Both the position numbers and the translations under genes were made by a program. From Candidatus Microgenomatus sp. (GTDB taxonomy: Bacteria > Patescibacteriota > Minisyncoccia > UBA6257 > GWB1-50-10): DNA of 64,000 nt. Location: positions 23,582-87,581 of the forward strand of contig DYGI01000002.1 of NCBI GenBank assembly GCA_020724805.1, given 5' to 3'. Shown here one piece after another: positions 17,525 to 26,718 of the stretch (the first letter of the stretch is position 1; the number at the start of each line of letters is the position of its first letter). The notes under the pieces are model-generated. The model had not been told where the DNA came from. It saw only the letters and a program-made list of their open reading frames with translations, and did not search any database.

Positions 17525-18778
17525 TTGCTCAGTATGTCCCGCTCCCGACTTATCGGAATTTTCACCCTCCTCGTTATTGTCTCCGCCGCCGCGGGGGTTT
17601 TTTCGTACGAACCGTGGTGGCAAACACTGAGCTCGTTTCGGCCGTGGTCGCTTGGCCTCGACCTCTCGGGAGGCACCGTGCTTACCTACGCCATCGACCT
17701 CTCAAATGTGGGGAGTGCGGACCGCGCGTCGGTGGTGGAAGGGCTCCGCGACGTCATCGAGCGGAGGGTGAACCTTTTTGGGGTACAGGAGCCTCGCGTA
17801 TATCTCGCGCGGGCGGGGGGCGAAGACCGGCTCGTAGTAGAGCTTGCGGGCACACGCGATGTGACCGCGGCCACGGAAGAGATAGGCGCAACCCCCTTTC
17901 TTGAGTTCCGCGAAGTGCAGGAAATCGTTGAAAACGGCACTACGACGGCGGCGTTCGTCGCAACCCCCCTGAATGGGCGTTATGTGAAAGCCGCGCAGGT
18001 AGGGTTTGGTCAGGCGGGAGTGCGCACGCCGGAGATCTATCTCCAATTCAACGATGAGGGCGCCGCGCTTTTCGAGCAACTCACTGAAGCGAATATCGGG
18101 AAGCCGCTTGGTATTTTCATTGACAACGAACTTCTTGAGGCGCCGACGGTGCAGGGGAAAATCCCCGGCGGGCAGGCGGTCATCACCGGAAGCTATACCT
18201 TGGATGAGGCGCGTGCGTTCGTGGAACGTTTCAACGCCGGCGCGCTTCCCGCGCCCATCACGCTCGTGCACCAGGAGACCATAAATCCGGATTTCGGCGC
18301 GGATTCGCTCACCAAGGCAATATTCGCCGGCGCGCTCGGCACGCTTGTGGTGATGATATTCATGCTTGTGTACTACCACCGCCTCGGCATATATGCGGTC
18401 GCGGCACTCCTTATATACGTGGCGCTCACGCTCGCGGTGTTCAAGCTCGTTCCGGTCACCATGACGCTCGCCGGCATCGCGGGGTTCATTCTTTCTATCG
18501 GCATGGCGGTAGACGCGAACATCCTTGTGTTCGAGCGCATGAAAGAAGAGATACGGAAAGGCGCGGCGCGCACCGCGGCCATGGAAGAAGGTTTCAAGCG
18601 GGCGTGGACCTCCATTCGCGACTCCAACATTTCCACCATGATTACCGCGGTGGTGCTTTACACGTTCACCTCAAGCTTTGTACAAGGATTCGCGCTCGCC
18701 CTCTTCATCGGGGTAGTGATGTCGATGTTCTCCGCTATTACCGTAACGCGGACGCTCATGAGGGTTTTCATCAAATAA
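17525..18778 (+). CDS. secD: Protein translocase subunit SecD
   Basis: 417 aa. N-terminal TM, a periplasmic domain and a C-terminal 6-TM SecD/SecF core. secF follows immediately. Confidence 0.85.
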   Translation: MLSMSRSRLIGIFTLLVIVSAAAGVFSYEPWWQTLSSFRPWSLGLDLSGGTVLTYAIDLSNVGSADRASVVEGLRDVIERRVNLFGVQEPRVYLARAGGEDRLVVELAGTRDVTAATEEIGATPFLEFREVQEIVENGTTTAAFVATPLNGRYVKAAQVGFGQAGVRTPEIYLQFNDEGAALFEQLTEANIGKPLGIFIDNELLEAPTVQGKIPGGQAVITGSYTLDEARAFVERFNAGALPAPITLVHQETINPDFGADSLTKAIFAGALGTLVVMIFMLVYYHRLGIYAVAALLIYVALTLAVFKLVPVTMTLAGIAGFILSIGMAVDANILVFERMKEEIRKGAARTAAMEEGFKRAWTSIRDSNISTMITAVVLYTFTSSFVQGFALALFIGVVMSMFSAITVTRTLMRVFIK

Positions 18779-18779
18779 T

Positions 18780-19673
18780 ATGTTCGAACTCCTTCGCTAT
18801 AAATCATGGTTCCTCGGCTTTTCCGCGATTCTTATGGCGGTGAGCATTGCCGCGGTCGTCGTGTTTGGGCTTACGCCCGGCACAGACCTTCTCGGCGGCA
18901 CGCGGTGGCAGATACGGTTTACCGACGGAAGCGTGGAAACCGCCGCGGTTGTTGAAGCGTTGAAAAGCGCAGGAGCTGAGGCGCACGCCACGGTAAACGA
19001 GGAGGGAATCATCACCATTCGTGTGGGAGCGATCGACGAGCCTCTCCATGCGGCGTACCGCACCGCACTTGCCGAACTCGGCACCCTTGAAGAGCTCAAC
19101 TTTTCGTCGGTCGGACCAACGGTGGGCGCGGAACTTCAGAAGAAAGCGGTGAACGCAATTATCTTCGTGCTCGTCGGCATCTCGCTCTACATTGCCTGGG
19201 CTTTTCGCAAGGTATCGGCGCCGGTGAAATCGTGGAAATACGGCGTGGTAACGCTTATATCGCTTCTTCACGACGTTGTGGTGCCGACCGGACTTCTCGC
19301 GGTGCTTGGCGCGGTGCGCGGAGTTGAGGTGGATACGAATTTCATTGTGGCGCTCCTCGTAGTGATGGGGTTCTCGGTCCATGACACCATCGTGGTATTC
19401 GACCGCATTCGCGAAAATCTTCTCCATGCCCAAGGGAAAGCGGATTTCGGGGGGATAGTGAATCAGAGTGTTCGCGAAACCTTTGCGCGCTCGGTGAATA
19501 CTTCCCTCACTCTCGTGTTGGTGCTCGTCGCGCTCATGGCAGTGGGTCCCGCGTCTCTCTTTTACTTCACGCTCGTCATTCTCGTCGGTACCGTGGTGGG
19601 AACCTATTCTTCCATTTTCGTGGCGAGCCCGCTTCTCTATCTTTCCGGGAGGGGGAAAGGGAAGAGGGATTGA
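18780..19673 (+). CDS. secF: Protein translocase subunit SecF
   Basis: 297 aa with the SecF topology, adjacent to secD. Confidence 0.85.
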   Translation: MFELLRYKSWFLGFSAILMAVSIAAVVVFGLTPGTDLLGGTRWQIRFTDGSVETAAVVEALKSAGAEAHATVNEEGIITIRVGAIDEPLHAAYRTALAELGTLEELNFSSVGPTVGAELQKKAVNAIIFVLVGISLYIAWAFRKVSAPVKSWKYGVVTLISLLHDVVVPTGLLAVLGAVRGVEVDTNFIVALLVVMGFSVHDTIVVFDRIRENLLHAQGKADFGGIVNQSVRETFARSVNTSLTLVLVLVALMAVGPASLFYFTLVILVGTVVGTYSSIFVASPLLYLSGRGKGKRD

Positions 19674-19698
19674 CCCAAAGTAGCGATTATGGTATCGT
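19670..19698 (+). promoter_or_regulatory. Promoter for the leaderless transcript of 19705
   Basis: TTGACC, 17-nt spacer, TGgTATCGT. The ATG at 19705 is 6 nt after the -10. Confidence 0.45.
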
Positions 19699-19704
19699 AG
19701 AACC

Positions 19705-20724
19705 ATGAAATCGATAGACCGACTTTTGGAAGATTGTTTCGCGATGCTTTCCCCCAAGCAGCGCCGTGTTGTGGTTGGGCGGTTTGGCTTGAAAGGAGGC
19801 GCGAAATCAACCCTCCAGGAGATCGGTGATGAGCTTGGGGTGACCCGTGAAAGGGTGCGCCAGATCGAAGCGCAGACGATGAAAAAGCTCTCGCCGATGA
19901 TCCGCGCCGAGGCGGAGTCGCTTATAACGGTGGCGACGCGTCATTTGGGGAGCGTGGGAGGAGTGCGCCGTGACGACAATTTCATGGATGATCTTCGCGA
20001 AACGGTTCTTAAGTCGGACCGGGACGTGAAAAATTTCGCCGAGAAAGTACGCTTTGTGCTTCTCGCGGCGGGAGAGCCGCGCTATGCGCCTGCCACCGAC
20101 GAAATGCATGCCTATTGGGCAACGAACGCGGCGGCGGAAAAAAAGTTCGCGGATTTTGTGAAAAAGGTAACCGATTTCTTCAAGAAAGCGGGCACCAAAA
20201 AGATCGTTGACGAAAAAGCCCACCTCGCGCTCTGCAAAGACATGGTGACGTGCCACTGGCTTTCAATCCCGAAACACATCGGCACGAACGTGTTCGGCGA
20301 CGTGGGGCTCCGCGAATGGGCGGAGATCGAACCGAAAACGGTGCGTGACAAAGCGTACCTCGTGCTCAAAAAGCACGAGAAGCCACTTCACTTTGAGGAC
20401 ATTGCGAAGCACATCGCGAAATACAAGCTTGCCGCGAAGCCCGCGCACGTGCAGACGGTGCACAACGAGCTCATCAAAGACGAACGATTCGTACTCGTGG
20501 GCCGCGGCATCTATGCCTTGGAGGAACATGGATACGAGCGGGGGACGGTGCGCGAGGTCATCGCGAAACTTTTGAAGCGGAACGGACCGATGGACGCAAA
20601 AAGGGTGCTTGCACTCGTGAACGAGCAGCGTTTTCTGAAGCAGAACACGGTGCTTCTTGCGCTCCAAAACCGCAAGTATTTCAACCGCTTGGACGATGGG
20701 CGGTACCGCGTAAAAGAAGCGTAA
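19705..20724 (+). CDS. Sigma-70 region-4 HTH protein with a C-terminal HARE-HTH-like (RNAP delta N-terminal-like) winged helix
   Basis: 339 aa. The N-terminus ...KSTLQEIGDELGVTRERVRQIEAQTMKKL matches sigma-70 region 4. The C-terminus has a ...FVLVGRGIYALEE... motif typical of HARE-HTH. There are no sigma regions 2 or 3. Confidence 0.55.
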   Translation: MKSIDRLLEDCFAMLSPKQRRVVVGRFGLKGGAKSTLQEIGDELGVTRERVRQIEAQTMKKLSPMIRAEAESLITVATRHLGSVGGVRRDDNFMDDLRETVLKSDRDVKNFAEKVRFVLLAAGEPRYAPATDEMHAYWATNAAAEKKFADFVKKVTDFFKKAGTKKIVDEKAHLALCKDMVTCHWLSIPKHIGTNVFGDVGLREWAEIEPKTVRDKAYLVLKKHEKPLHFEDIAKHIAKYKLAAKPAHVQTVHNELIKDERFVLVGRGIYALEEHGYERGTVREVIAKLLKRNGPMDAKRVLALVNEQRFLKQNTVLLALQNRKYFNRLDDGRYRVKEA

Positions 20725-20800
20725 GGAAAAGCTCCGACCGCATCGGGGCTTTTTTGTTGGGCGCGGCGGTCCGATTGGGGTACAATAGAGGTACTTTACG

Positions 20801-22192
20801 ATGTTGAAGGAGGTGTTGAACCACATCACGGAATTTTTCTCCGAATTCTTCAAAAAAGAAGAGGTGTGGATGCTGCTTCTCTTTGTGGGGCTCGGAGTAT
20901 GGGTTATCTATGCGTTTTTCGAGACGATATGGGAGATACTCAGGAATTTCTTCCTCTACGCCTGGCCCCTTCTCCTCTTCTTCGTGTTGCTCGGAATATT
21001 CGAGTCGCTGTGGCTTTTTGTGCGCCAGGAGCGCTTCAAGGAGAAGGATGAATTCGTGCTCCTTGAGCTCAAAATCCCGCGTGAGGTGAAAAAAAGCCCG
21101 CAAGGTATGGAAGAAGTGCTCGCCGCGATGCATTCACTTCGGAATTCTCCCGGAACGTTCAAGGAAAAATATATTGATGGCGAGGTGCCGCGGTGGTTTT
21201 CGCTGGAGCTTGTGAGCATTGGAGGCGTGGTGCGGTTTTTTGTGCGCGTGAATACAAAACAGCGCCGCGTGGTGGAAGCGGCGTTCTATTCCTATTACCC
21301 GGACATTGTGGTCGAGGAGGTGGAGGACTACATCGGCATGTTTCCCAAAAGCGGCGACGAGATGAAGGAGCGGCGGATGAAAATGTGGGGGACCGAACTC
21401 GTGCTCGCGAAGGATGCGGCATACCCGATAAAAACGTACGACAAGTTCGAGAACATCGCGGAGGAAAAGCAATTCGACCCCATTTCCACGTTTCTTGAGA
21501 TTTTAGGAAGAGTACCGAGCGGCGAAGTGGTAGGAATCCAAATACTCATCGCGCCGGCGCCGGGAGATTGGCAAGAGGAGTTCGAAGAACTTTTGAACGA
21601 GCTCAAAACGCCAAAAACCATTTCCGTGGAAGAGGACGAAGGAAGCAAGGAGCTTACGGTGGCGCGCTCTCCTGGACACACCGACGTGTTGAAAGCGGTG
21701 GAAGAAAATTTCTCAAAACCCGCGTTCCAAACGCTCATACGGCTCATGTATATCGCGCCCGAAGATTCGTTTGCGAAAGGGCCTCCGGCACATGGCGCGC
21801 TCGGCGCATTCAGCCAATTCACCGCGCTCGACCTGAACAGTTTTAGGCCCAACAAACTTATGACGACGAAGGCCGACGTATGGTCGAAGCCGTATGTGGC
21901 GCCGAAGGTCCGCCTTTCATATCGGGAACAACGCCTTCTTTGGAATTACCGCAGGCGTGAAGTGCCCCCCGAAACATGGATGGGGAAGTTTATGACGTCA
22001 TTTCTCTATCACTGGAATTTCGGTTCGACGCGATTTCTTATGACCACCAAAGGGATTGCGACTCTGTTCCACCCGCCGACCGCGGTGGTTTTGACAGTCC
22101 CACACGTGAAGCGCACCGAGAGCCGCCGCGCCAGCCCTCCCGCAGGTCTCGCCATTTTCGGCGAGGAGGAGGAACTAGGACGTTTCAACTAG
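20801..22192 (+). CDS. Hypothetical membrane protein (2 N-terminal TM helices plus an about 390-aa soluble domain)
   Basis: 463 aa. An upstream GGGGTACAATAGAG -10-like box at 20779-20792 matches the motif before 43738. First gene of a 3-gene module. Confidence 0.6.
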   Translation: MLKEVLNHITEFFSEFFKKEEVWMLLLFVGLGVWVIYAFFETIWEILRNFFLYAWPLLLFFVLLGIFESLWLFVRQERFKEKDEFVLLELKIPREVKKSPQGMEEVLAAMHSLRNSPGTFKEKYIDGEVPRWFSLELVSIGGVVRFFVRVNTKQRRVVEAAFYSYYPDIVVEEVEDYIGMFPKSGDEMKERRMKMWGTELVLAKDAAYPIKTYDKFENIAEEKQFDPISTFLEILGRVPSGEVVGIQILIAPAPGDWQEEFEELLNELKTPKTISVEEDEGSKELTVARSPGHTDVLKAVEENFSKPAFQTLIRLMYIAPEDSFAKGPPAHGALGAFSQFTALDLNSFRPNKLMTTKADVWSKPYVAPKVRLSYREQRLLWNYRRREVPPETWMGKFMTSFLYHWNFGSTRFLMTTKGIATLFHPPTAVVLTVPHVKRTESRRASPPAGLAIFGEEEELGRFN

Positions 22193-22199
22193 CATTTTC

Positions 22200-22736
22200 A
22201 TGCCAAACATTCTCGCGCCGATCGAAAATCTGGTAACTTCCGTCATTGAATTCCCTTGGATGGACATGCTCATTGCGGTTCGGATATTCTTCATATTCTT
22301 CGATGTGGTGCTACTCCTCGTGCTTTTTTGGCTGTTCACGGAGGCGTATGAGCTGCGTCCCCATTTTTTACGACGTGCTTCCGAAGCGGCGCGCGTGCCC
22401 GTGCTCGACCAAGAAAAGTTTTCCGCGCGATGGGCGCGGATTGTGGAAAAAGCATTCCAATCGCCGCCTCAATCGCTGGTGCTTGGCGTCATCGAAGCCG
22501 ATAAATGCGTGGATGACGCGCTCAAAGGGTTGGGACTGGAAGGAGAGCATATGGCGGATCGACTCGAGCAGATTCGTGCGGAAGATTATCCTTCTCTCGA
22601 TCGACTTTGGCGCGCGCATCGGGTGCGGAACGAATTGGTGCATACCCCCGATTTCGGCATCGACGCCGAGGACGCCAAAGATATCCTTGCCATCTACGAA
22701 AAGTTTCTCAAGGAGCTCGGCGCCCTTCCTTCATAG
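22200..22736 (+). CDS. Small single-TM protein with a C-terminal helical domain carrying a HEPN-like Rx4H motif
   Basis: 178 aa. TM at about residues 22-45. Reads ...LWRAHRVRNELVHTPDFG... Confidence 0.5.
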   Translation: MPNILAPIENLVTSVIEFPWMDMLIAVRIFFIFFDVVLLLVLFWLFTEAYELRPHFLRRASEAARVPVLDQEKFSARWARIVEKAFQSPPQSLVLGVIEADKCVDDALKGLGLEGEHMADRLEQIRAEDYPSLDRLWRAHRVRNELVHTPDFGIDAEDAKDILAIYEKFLKELGALPS

Positions 22737-22742
22737 CCGATT

Positions 22743-24074
22743 ATGATACGCGCGGGGAGGATACAAATCATAAAATATGCCCCGCCGCCACCTGAGCTCC
22801 CCATGCTCGGGAAGGCGCGGCCCGAGGATTGTTCATTTATCGGCCGCACCAACTATGTTACGGGTATCGAGGAAAAGAAGTTCGTGTTCGGATTGAAGCG
22901 CCACGACCGGCGCCACCACGTGTATCTCATAGGGAAAAGCGGCATTGGGAAGACAAAAATGCTCGAGCTTCTCGTGCGACAGGATATTGCACACGGGTAT
23001 GGGGTAGCGGTGGTGGACGCCCAGGGCGATCTTGTGGATTCACTCATCGATTTTATCCCCGAAGAAAGGGTTGCGGACGTATGCGTGTTCGACCCGTCCG
23101 ATACCGAGCACCCGCTCGCGTGGAATCCACTCTCGGGAGTTCCGGCGGAGTTCAAGCATTCACTCACCCAGAGTTTTATTGAGGTGATGGAAAAGGAATT
23201 CGGCACCCACTGGAATCCTCGCATCGAGCACCTCTTTCGTTTTGTGTGCCTCGCGCTTCTCGACTATCCTCACGCCACCATGCGCGGGATGATATTGCTT
23301 CTCACTGATGCCGCATATCGCGAAGAAGTGAAGAAGCATGTCAAAGACGATATCGTGCGGAAATTCTTTACCAACGAATTCGAGGGATGGGTGCGGCAAT
23401 ACGAGAGCGATGCCATCGTTCCTTTAGTGAACAAACTGGCGCAATTCGTGCTCCACCCGCTCCTTCGGACCGTGTTCGAGCGCGAGGAGCATAAAGTGGA
23501 TGTGGGCGCGATAATGGAACGCGGGGGCATTTTTCTCGCCAATCTTGCGCGGGGGAAGCTGGGAGACCAGAACGCGAATTTTCTCGGCGCGCTTCTTATC
23601 GCGAAAATGAAGCAGGCAGGTATGGCGCGCGCAAACCTTTCCGAATCGGCGAAAAAAGATTTCTATCTCTACCTCGATGAATTCCACGGGTGTGCGACCG
23701 AGACTTTTGAAAACCTCCTTTCCGAGGCGCGCAAGTTCGGGATGTGTCTTACGCTTTGCCACCAGTATTTGGAGCAGCTCGCCCCTCGACTGCAGGCCGC
23801 CATTCTCGGCAATGTGGGGACCATCATTGTATTTCGGGCGAGTGGAGAAGATGCGGCACGCCTTGAGGTGGAAATGAACCCCGTGTTCAAAGCGAAAGAT
23901 ATGATAAATCTCGGCACGCAGGAGTTTTACATCAAAATGACGATCGACGGAGAAACCAATGACCCGTTTTCCGCGGAAACGCTCAAGGTGCTTCCCTCAC
24001 CGCGGGGTTCGTTTCGTTCCCACGTAATCGCGGCGTCGCGCGCTCGATACGCCGCTAAGGTTTCGTCGTCCTAA
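22743..24074 (+). CDS. P-loop ATPase of the TraD/TraG/VirD4-HerA/FtsK (AAA-like, DUF87-type) clade; coupling-protein-like, without TM segments
   Basis: 443 aa. Walker A is HVYLIGKSGIGKTKM. ...VVDAQGDL...FDPSDTEHPLAWNPL is a TrwB/VirD4-like nucleotide-binding stretch. Walker B is YLYLDEFHG, followed by ARKFGMCLTLCHQYLEQL. Confidence 0.6.
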   Translation: MIRAGRIQIIKYAPPPPELPMLGKARPEDCSFIGRTNYVTGIEEKKFVFGLKRHDRRHHVYLIGKSGIGKTKMLELLVRQDIAHGYGVAVVDAQGDLVDSLIDFIPEERVADVCVFDPSDTEHPLAWNPLSGVPAEFKHSLTQSFIEVMEKEFGTHWNPRIEHLFRFVCLALLDYPHATMRGMILLLTDAAYREEVKKHVKDDIVRKFFTNEFEGWVRQYESDAIVPLVNKLAQFVLHPLLRTVFEREEHKVDVGAIMERGGIFLANLARGKLGDQNANFLGALLIAKMKQAGMARANLSESAKKDFYLYLDEFHGCATETFENLLSEARKFGMCLTLCHQYLEQLAPRLQAAILGNVGTIIVFRASGEDAARLEVEMNPVFKAKDMINLGTQEFYIKMTIDGETNDPFSAETLKVLPSPRGSFRSHVIAASRARYAAKVSSS

Positions 24075-24092
24075 TCGGGTATAATGTGACCG

Positions 24093-25553
24093 ATGACAGA
24101 GTCGAAGAACAGAAAAAGAATCTCCGATATCGTACCCCGTCGAAAGACCGCCGGTCGTCCGGAGATGAGGGATCGCAAGGAAGAAGTGGTAACCACGTCG
24201 AAGCCTACGAAACGTGTGGCGAAAAAAACGCCGCCACCCCCAAAAGCAGAGCCCGTGAAGGCTATAGAAAAGGCGGAAGAACCGGATTTTTTTTCGGTCA
24301 CGGTGAGCGAAACCCGCATTGATGCGGGCGCCCCCCCTATTTTTACAGGAGCTTCGGAAGAAAGTGCTGCTTATTATGAAGAGGAGGCACCCAAGGTGGT
24401 GCGCCATCGGAAGTTTCGCCGGATGCCCCGCGTGGCCCTCGTGATTCTTGCGGTGCTTGTGGCGGGGGGCGTAGGAGCATGGTTCCTGCTTCCCAAAGCG
24501 GTGGTGGCGCTCACGATGAAAAAATATCCGACGGAGTTTTCGAAGACCATCGTGGTCGCCGCAGACCGCACTTCAATTAATGTACCCGGCGCACTCGTAA
24601 TTCCCGGTGAGGCTCTGGAAGCGCGTGCAAACCTCACGCTCCCATTCACCGCGGAAGCAACCGAGACGGTTTCCGCGAAAGCCACGGGAATTCTTACGGT
24701 GTACAACTCGTATAGCTCGGCGCCACAAGCGCTTGTGCGGAATACCCGTTTTGAATCTCCCGACAAAAAAATATTCCGATTGGAGAGACAGGTGACCGTG
24801 CCCGGCGCAAAAGTGGAGGGAGGCAAGGTGACGCCATCGTCCATCGAAGTGACGGTAGTGGCGGAAGAAGCGGGAGAATCTTACAATCTTCCCCCGTCAT
24901 CGGGATGGCGTATTCCCGGATTCGCCGGAGGTCCGCGGTATGAAGGATTTTATGCGGAAGCGAAGCAGGGGATGAAGGGAGGATTCACCGGAGAACGCGC
25001 CAAACCTTCTGTGGCCGAACTCGCCAATGCGCGGGCAGAACTTATCGATGCGCTCACCGACGCCCTGGAAAGCCAGTTTCTCATCATTCTTTCTGATAGA
25101 TTCACCGCACTCCCGGGAAGCAGACGCATTACACTTGTGGCAGAAAAAGTGGAAGCGGACGCTGAAAACACCCACACTTTTCATCTGTTCGGTGAAGCGG
25201 TGATGAAACAGATAGTATTTGAAGAACCGACGCTCAAAGACGCACTCATCAACGAAGCGAGCCGCGCACTTCCAAAAGAGCTTGCGGCGAAGGAATTTTC
25301 CTACGCCCTCGGCACTTCCACAGTGGATTTCGCGAAAAATACGCTTACAATCCCCGCGCAAGGGAAAGGAGTGTTCACTGAACCTTTTGATGTGGATGCA
25401 TTCCGCGCGGCAATGGCGGGGAAGGAAGAAGCCGAACTCAAAGCGGCGGTGTTCGCCATTCCCGGCGTGGAAGTCGCGACCGTGTCGCTCTCGCCGTTCT
25501 TCGTGCGCTCGGTACCAGAAAATATAGAAAAGATAGAAGTGACGGTGGAATAG
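24093..25553 (+). CDS. Hypothetical bitopic membrane protein (basic Lys/Pro-rich N-terminal tail, one TM, about 350-aa extracytoplasmic domain)
   Basis: 486 aa. The TM is RVALVILAVLVAGGVGAWFLL. Leaderless: TATAAT at 24080-24085, then the ATG at 24093. Confidence 0.5.
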   Translation: MTESKNRKRISDIVPRRKTAGRPEMRDRKEEVVTTSKPTKRVAKKTPPPPKAEPVKAIEKAEEPDFFSVTVSETRIDAGAPPIFTGASEESAAYYEEEAPKVVRHRKFRRMPRVALVILAVLVAGGVGAWFLLPKAVVALTMKKYPTEFSKTIVVAADRTSINVPGALVIPGEALEARANLTLPFTAEATETVSAKATGILTVYNSYSSAPQALVRNTRFESPDKKIFRLERQVTVPGAKVEGGKVTPSSIEVTVVAEEAGESYNLPPSSGWRIPGFAGGPRYEGFYAEAKQGMKGGFTGERAKPSVAELANARAELIDALTDALESQFLIILSDRFTALPGSRRITLVAEKVEADAENTHTFHLFGEAVMKQIVFEEPTLKDALINEASRALPKELAAKEFSYALGTSTVDFAKNTLTIPAQGKGVFTEPFDVDAFRAAMAGKEEAELKAAVFAIPGVEVATVSLSPFFVRSVPENIEKIEVTVE

Positions 25554-25737
25554 CGAAGATTTTCCACCTCGCTCAAAATTCTCCGTGGGCTGAAATTCTC
25601 CTCGCTCACTCGCTCCTCGCCACCCTTGCTCGCCCTTACCGGCGGGGGTCCTGTCTCGGCACGCGGTTCGCTCGGGAATTTCCACGCGCCCTACGAACAC
25701 ATTCGCTCGTTGGAGAATCTTCTTCCTTTTTTGTAGA

Positions 25738-25777
25738 TAAAAAAAATTGGCCAGACACCCGAAATGGATGCCTGGCC
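25738..25777 (-). terminator. Intrinsic terminator for the minus-strand gene 25815-26192
   Basis: On the minus strand the GGCCAG...CTGGCC hairpin is followed by AATTTTTTTTAT. Confidence 0.4.
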
Positions 25778-25814
25778 GTGTACCGATGAATCTTTCTCTC
25801 AGCGGTCCTGGAGG

Positions 25815-26192
25815 CTAGCAGCGACGTGATATGAGCTGCGTACTGCCCCTGGACCGGACGCCCGTGATCTCGATGGCCGAATTCGCGTTGACCGTGGTAA
25901 TAGCGGCATTGTCGATGAGAGCCAAGTGCTCGTTCCGAACGAGGAGCGATGCGCTCACGATGGTCGCGGCAATCGGACCGGCACGTGCCACGGGTTGTCC
26001 GATGGCGGTCTCTTTCGTCAGGTCGACGGTCGCTTGATCCGAGTATTCCATAGGGGAGGCGCGATCCATCGCGGGCATGTTCTTGCCGACGACGAGGGCC
26101 GAGGCTTCGACGGGGACCATGGCGAGCAAACCGGTCATGAGCACGATGGCCATGATCGGAGCGCGGATGAGCCGGGCGAGAAAGGTCTTCAT
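25815..26192 (-). CDS. Small secreted or exported hypothetical protein
   Basis: 125 aa from the ATG at 26192, which has AAGGAGG 4 nt upstream. Signal peptide is MKTFLARLIRAPIMAIVLMTGLLAMVPVEASA. The ORF-track start at 26315 is an upstream in-frame extension. Confidence 0.55.
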   Translation of the reverse strand: MKTFLARLIRAPIMAIVLMTGLLAMVPVEASALVVGKNMPAMDRASPMEYSDQATVDLTKETAIGQPVARAGPIAATIVSASLLVRNEHLALIDNAAITTVNANSAIEITGVRSRGSTQLISRRC

Positions 26193-26308
26193 ACGACCTC
26201 CTTTTGAAAAGAGATGAGAGAAAGGGTGAAAGAACATTGTCCCACACACCGGAACAATAGAAGGAGCGTACCACACCTTTTTCTGAAGGGCAAATAGGAG
26301 TCCGGTTG

Positions 26309-26337
26309 TTGACACTCTCTGCCATTTTCCTTATATT
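26309..26337 (+). promoter_or_regulatory. Sigma-70 promoter of the infA-rpmJ-rpsM... operon
   Basis: TTGACA, 17 nt, TATATT. Confidence 0.55.
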
Positions 26338-26360
26338 GGAACGGCACCTACACGAGCTGA

Positions 26361-26582
26361 ATGGCCGACGAAACACGTACGATACGGATGGAAGGGGTCG
26401 TCGAGGAGACGCTCCCGGGGCTTACGTTCCGGGTAGTGCTCAAAGAGAAGGGGACGAATGTCCTCGCTCACCTCGGCGGCAAAATGAAGATAAACCGTAT
26501 CCGCGTGATTCCCGGTGATACGGTGGTGGTGGAGATGAGCCCTATCGATCTCACGCGGGGGCGCATCGTGCGAAGACTTTAA
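26361..26582 (+). CDS. infA: Translation initiation factor IF-1
   Basis: 73 aa. S1-like OB fold: ...[55 protein letters not shown]. Confidence 0.95.
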   Translation: MADETRTIRMEGVVEETLPGLTFRVVLKEKGTNVLAHLGGKMKINRIRVIPGDTVVVEMSPIDLTRGRIVRRL

Positions 26583-26599
26583 GATGGCTTTTTTTATTT

Positions 26600-26713
26600 A
26601 TGAAAGTTCACGCCTCAGTGAAAAAAATCTGTCAAAAATGCAAAATCGTCCGCCGCAAAGGACGGGTGTATGTCATTTGCATCACGAAGAAACATAAACA
26701 GCGCCAAGGATAA
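26600..26713 (+). CDS. rpmJ: 50S ribosomal protein L36
   Basis: [37 protein letters not shown] (37 aa). The ORF track omits it because it is under 60 aa. It sits in the canonical infA-rpmJ-rpsM position. Confidence 0.9.
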   Translation: MKVHASVKKICQKCKIVRRKGRVYVICITKKHKQRQG

Positions 26714-26718
26714 ATCAT

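Noticed and set aside
24897-26376. Minus-strand ORFs 24897-25700 and 25636-26376
   Set aside because: They are antisense to gene 24093-25553 or run through the terminator region and the infA promoter. Only the SD-led 25815-26192 segment has a plausible signal peptide and start.
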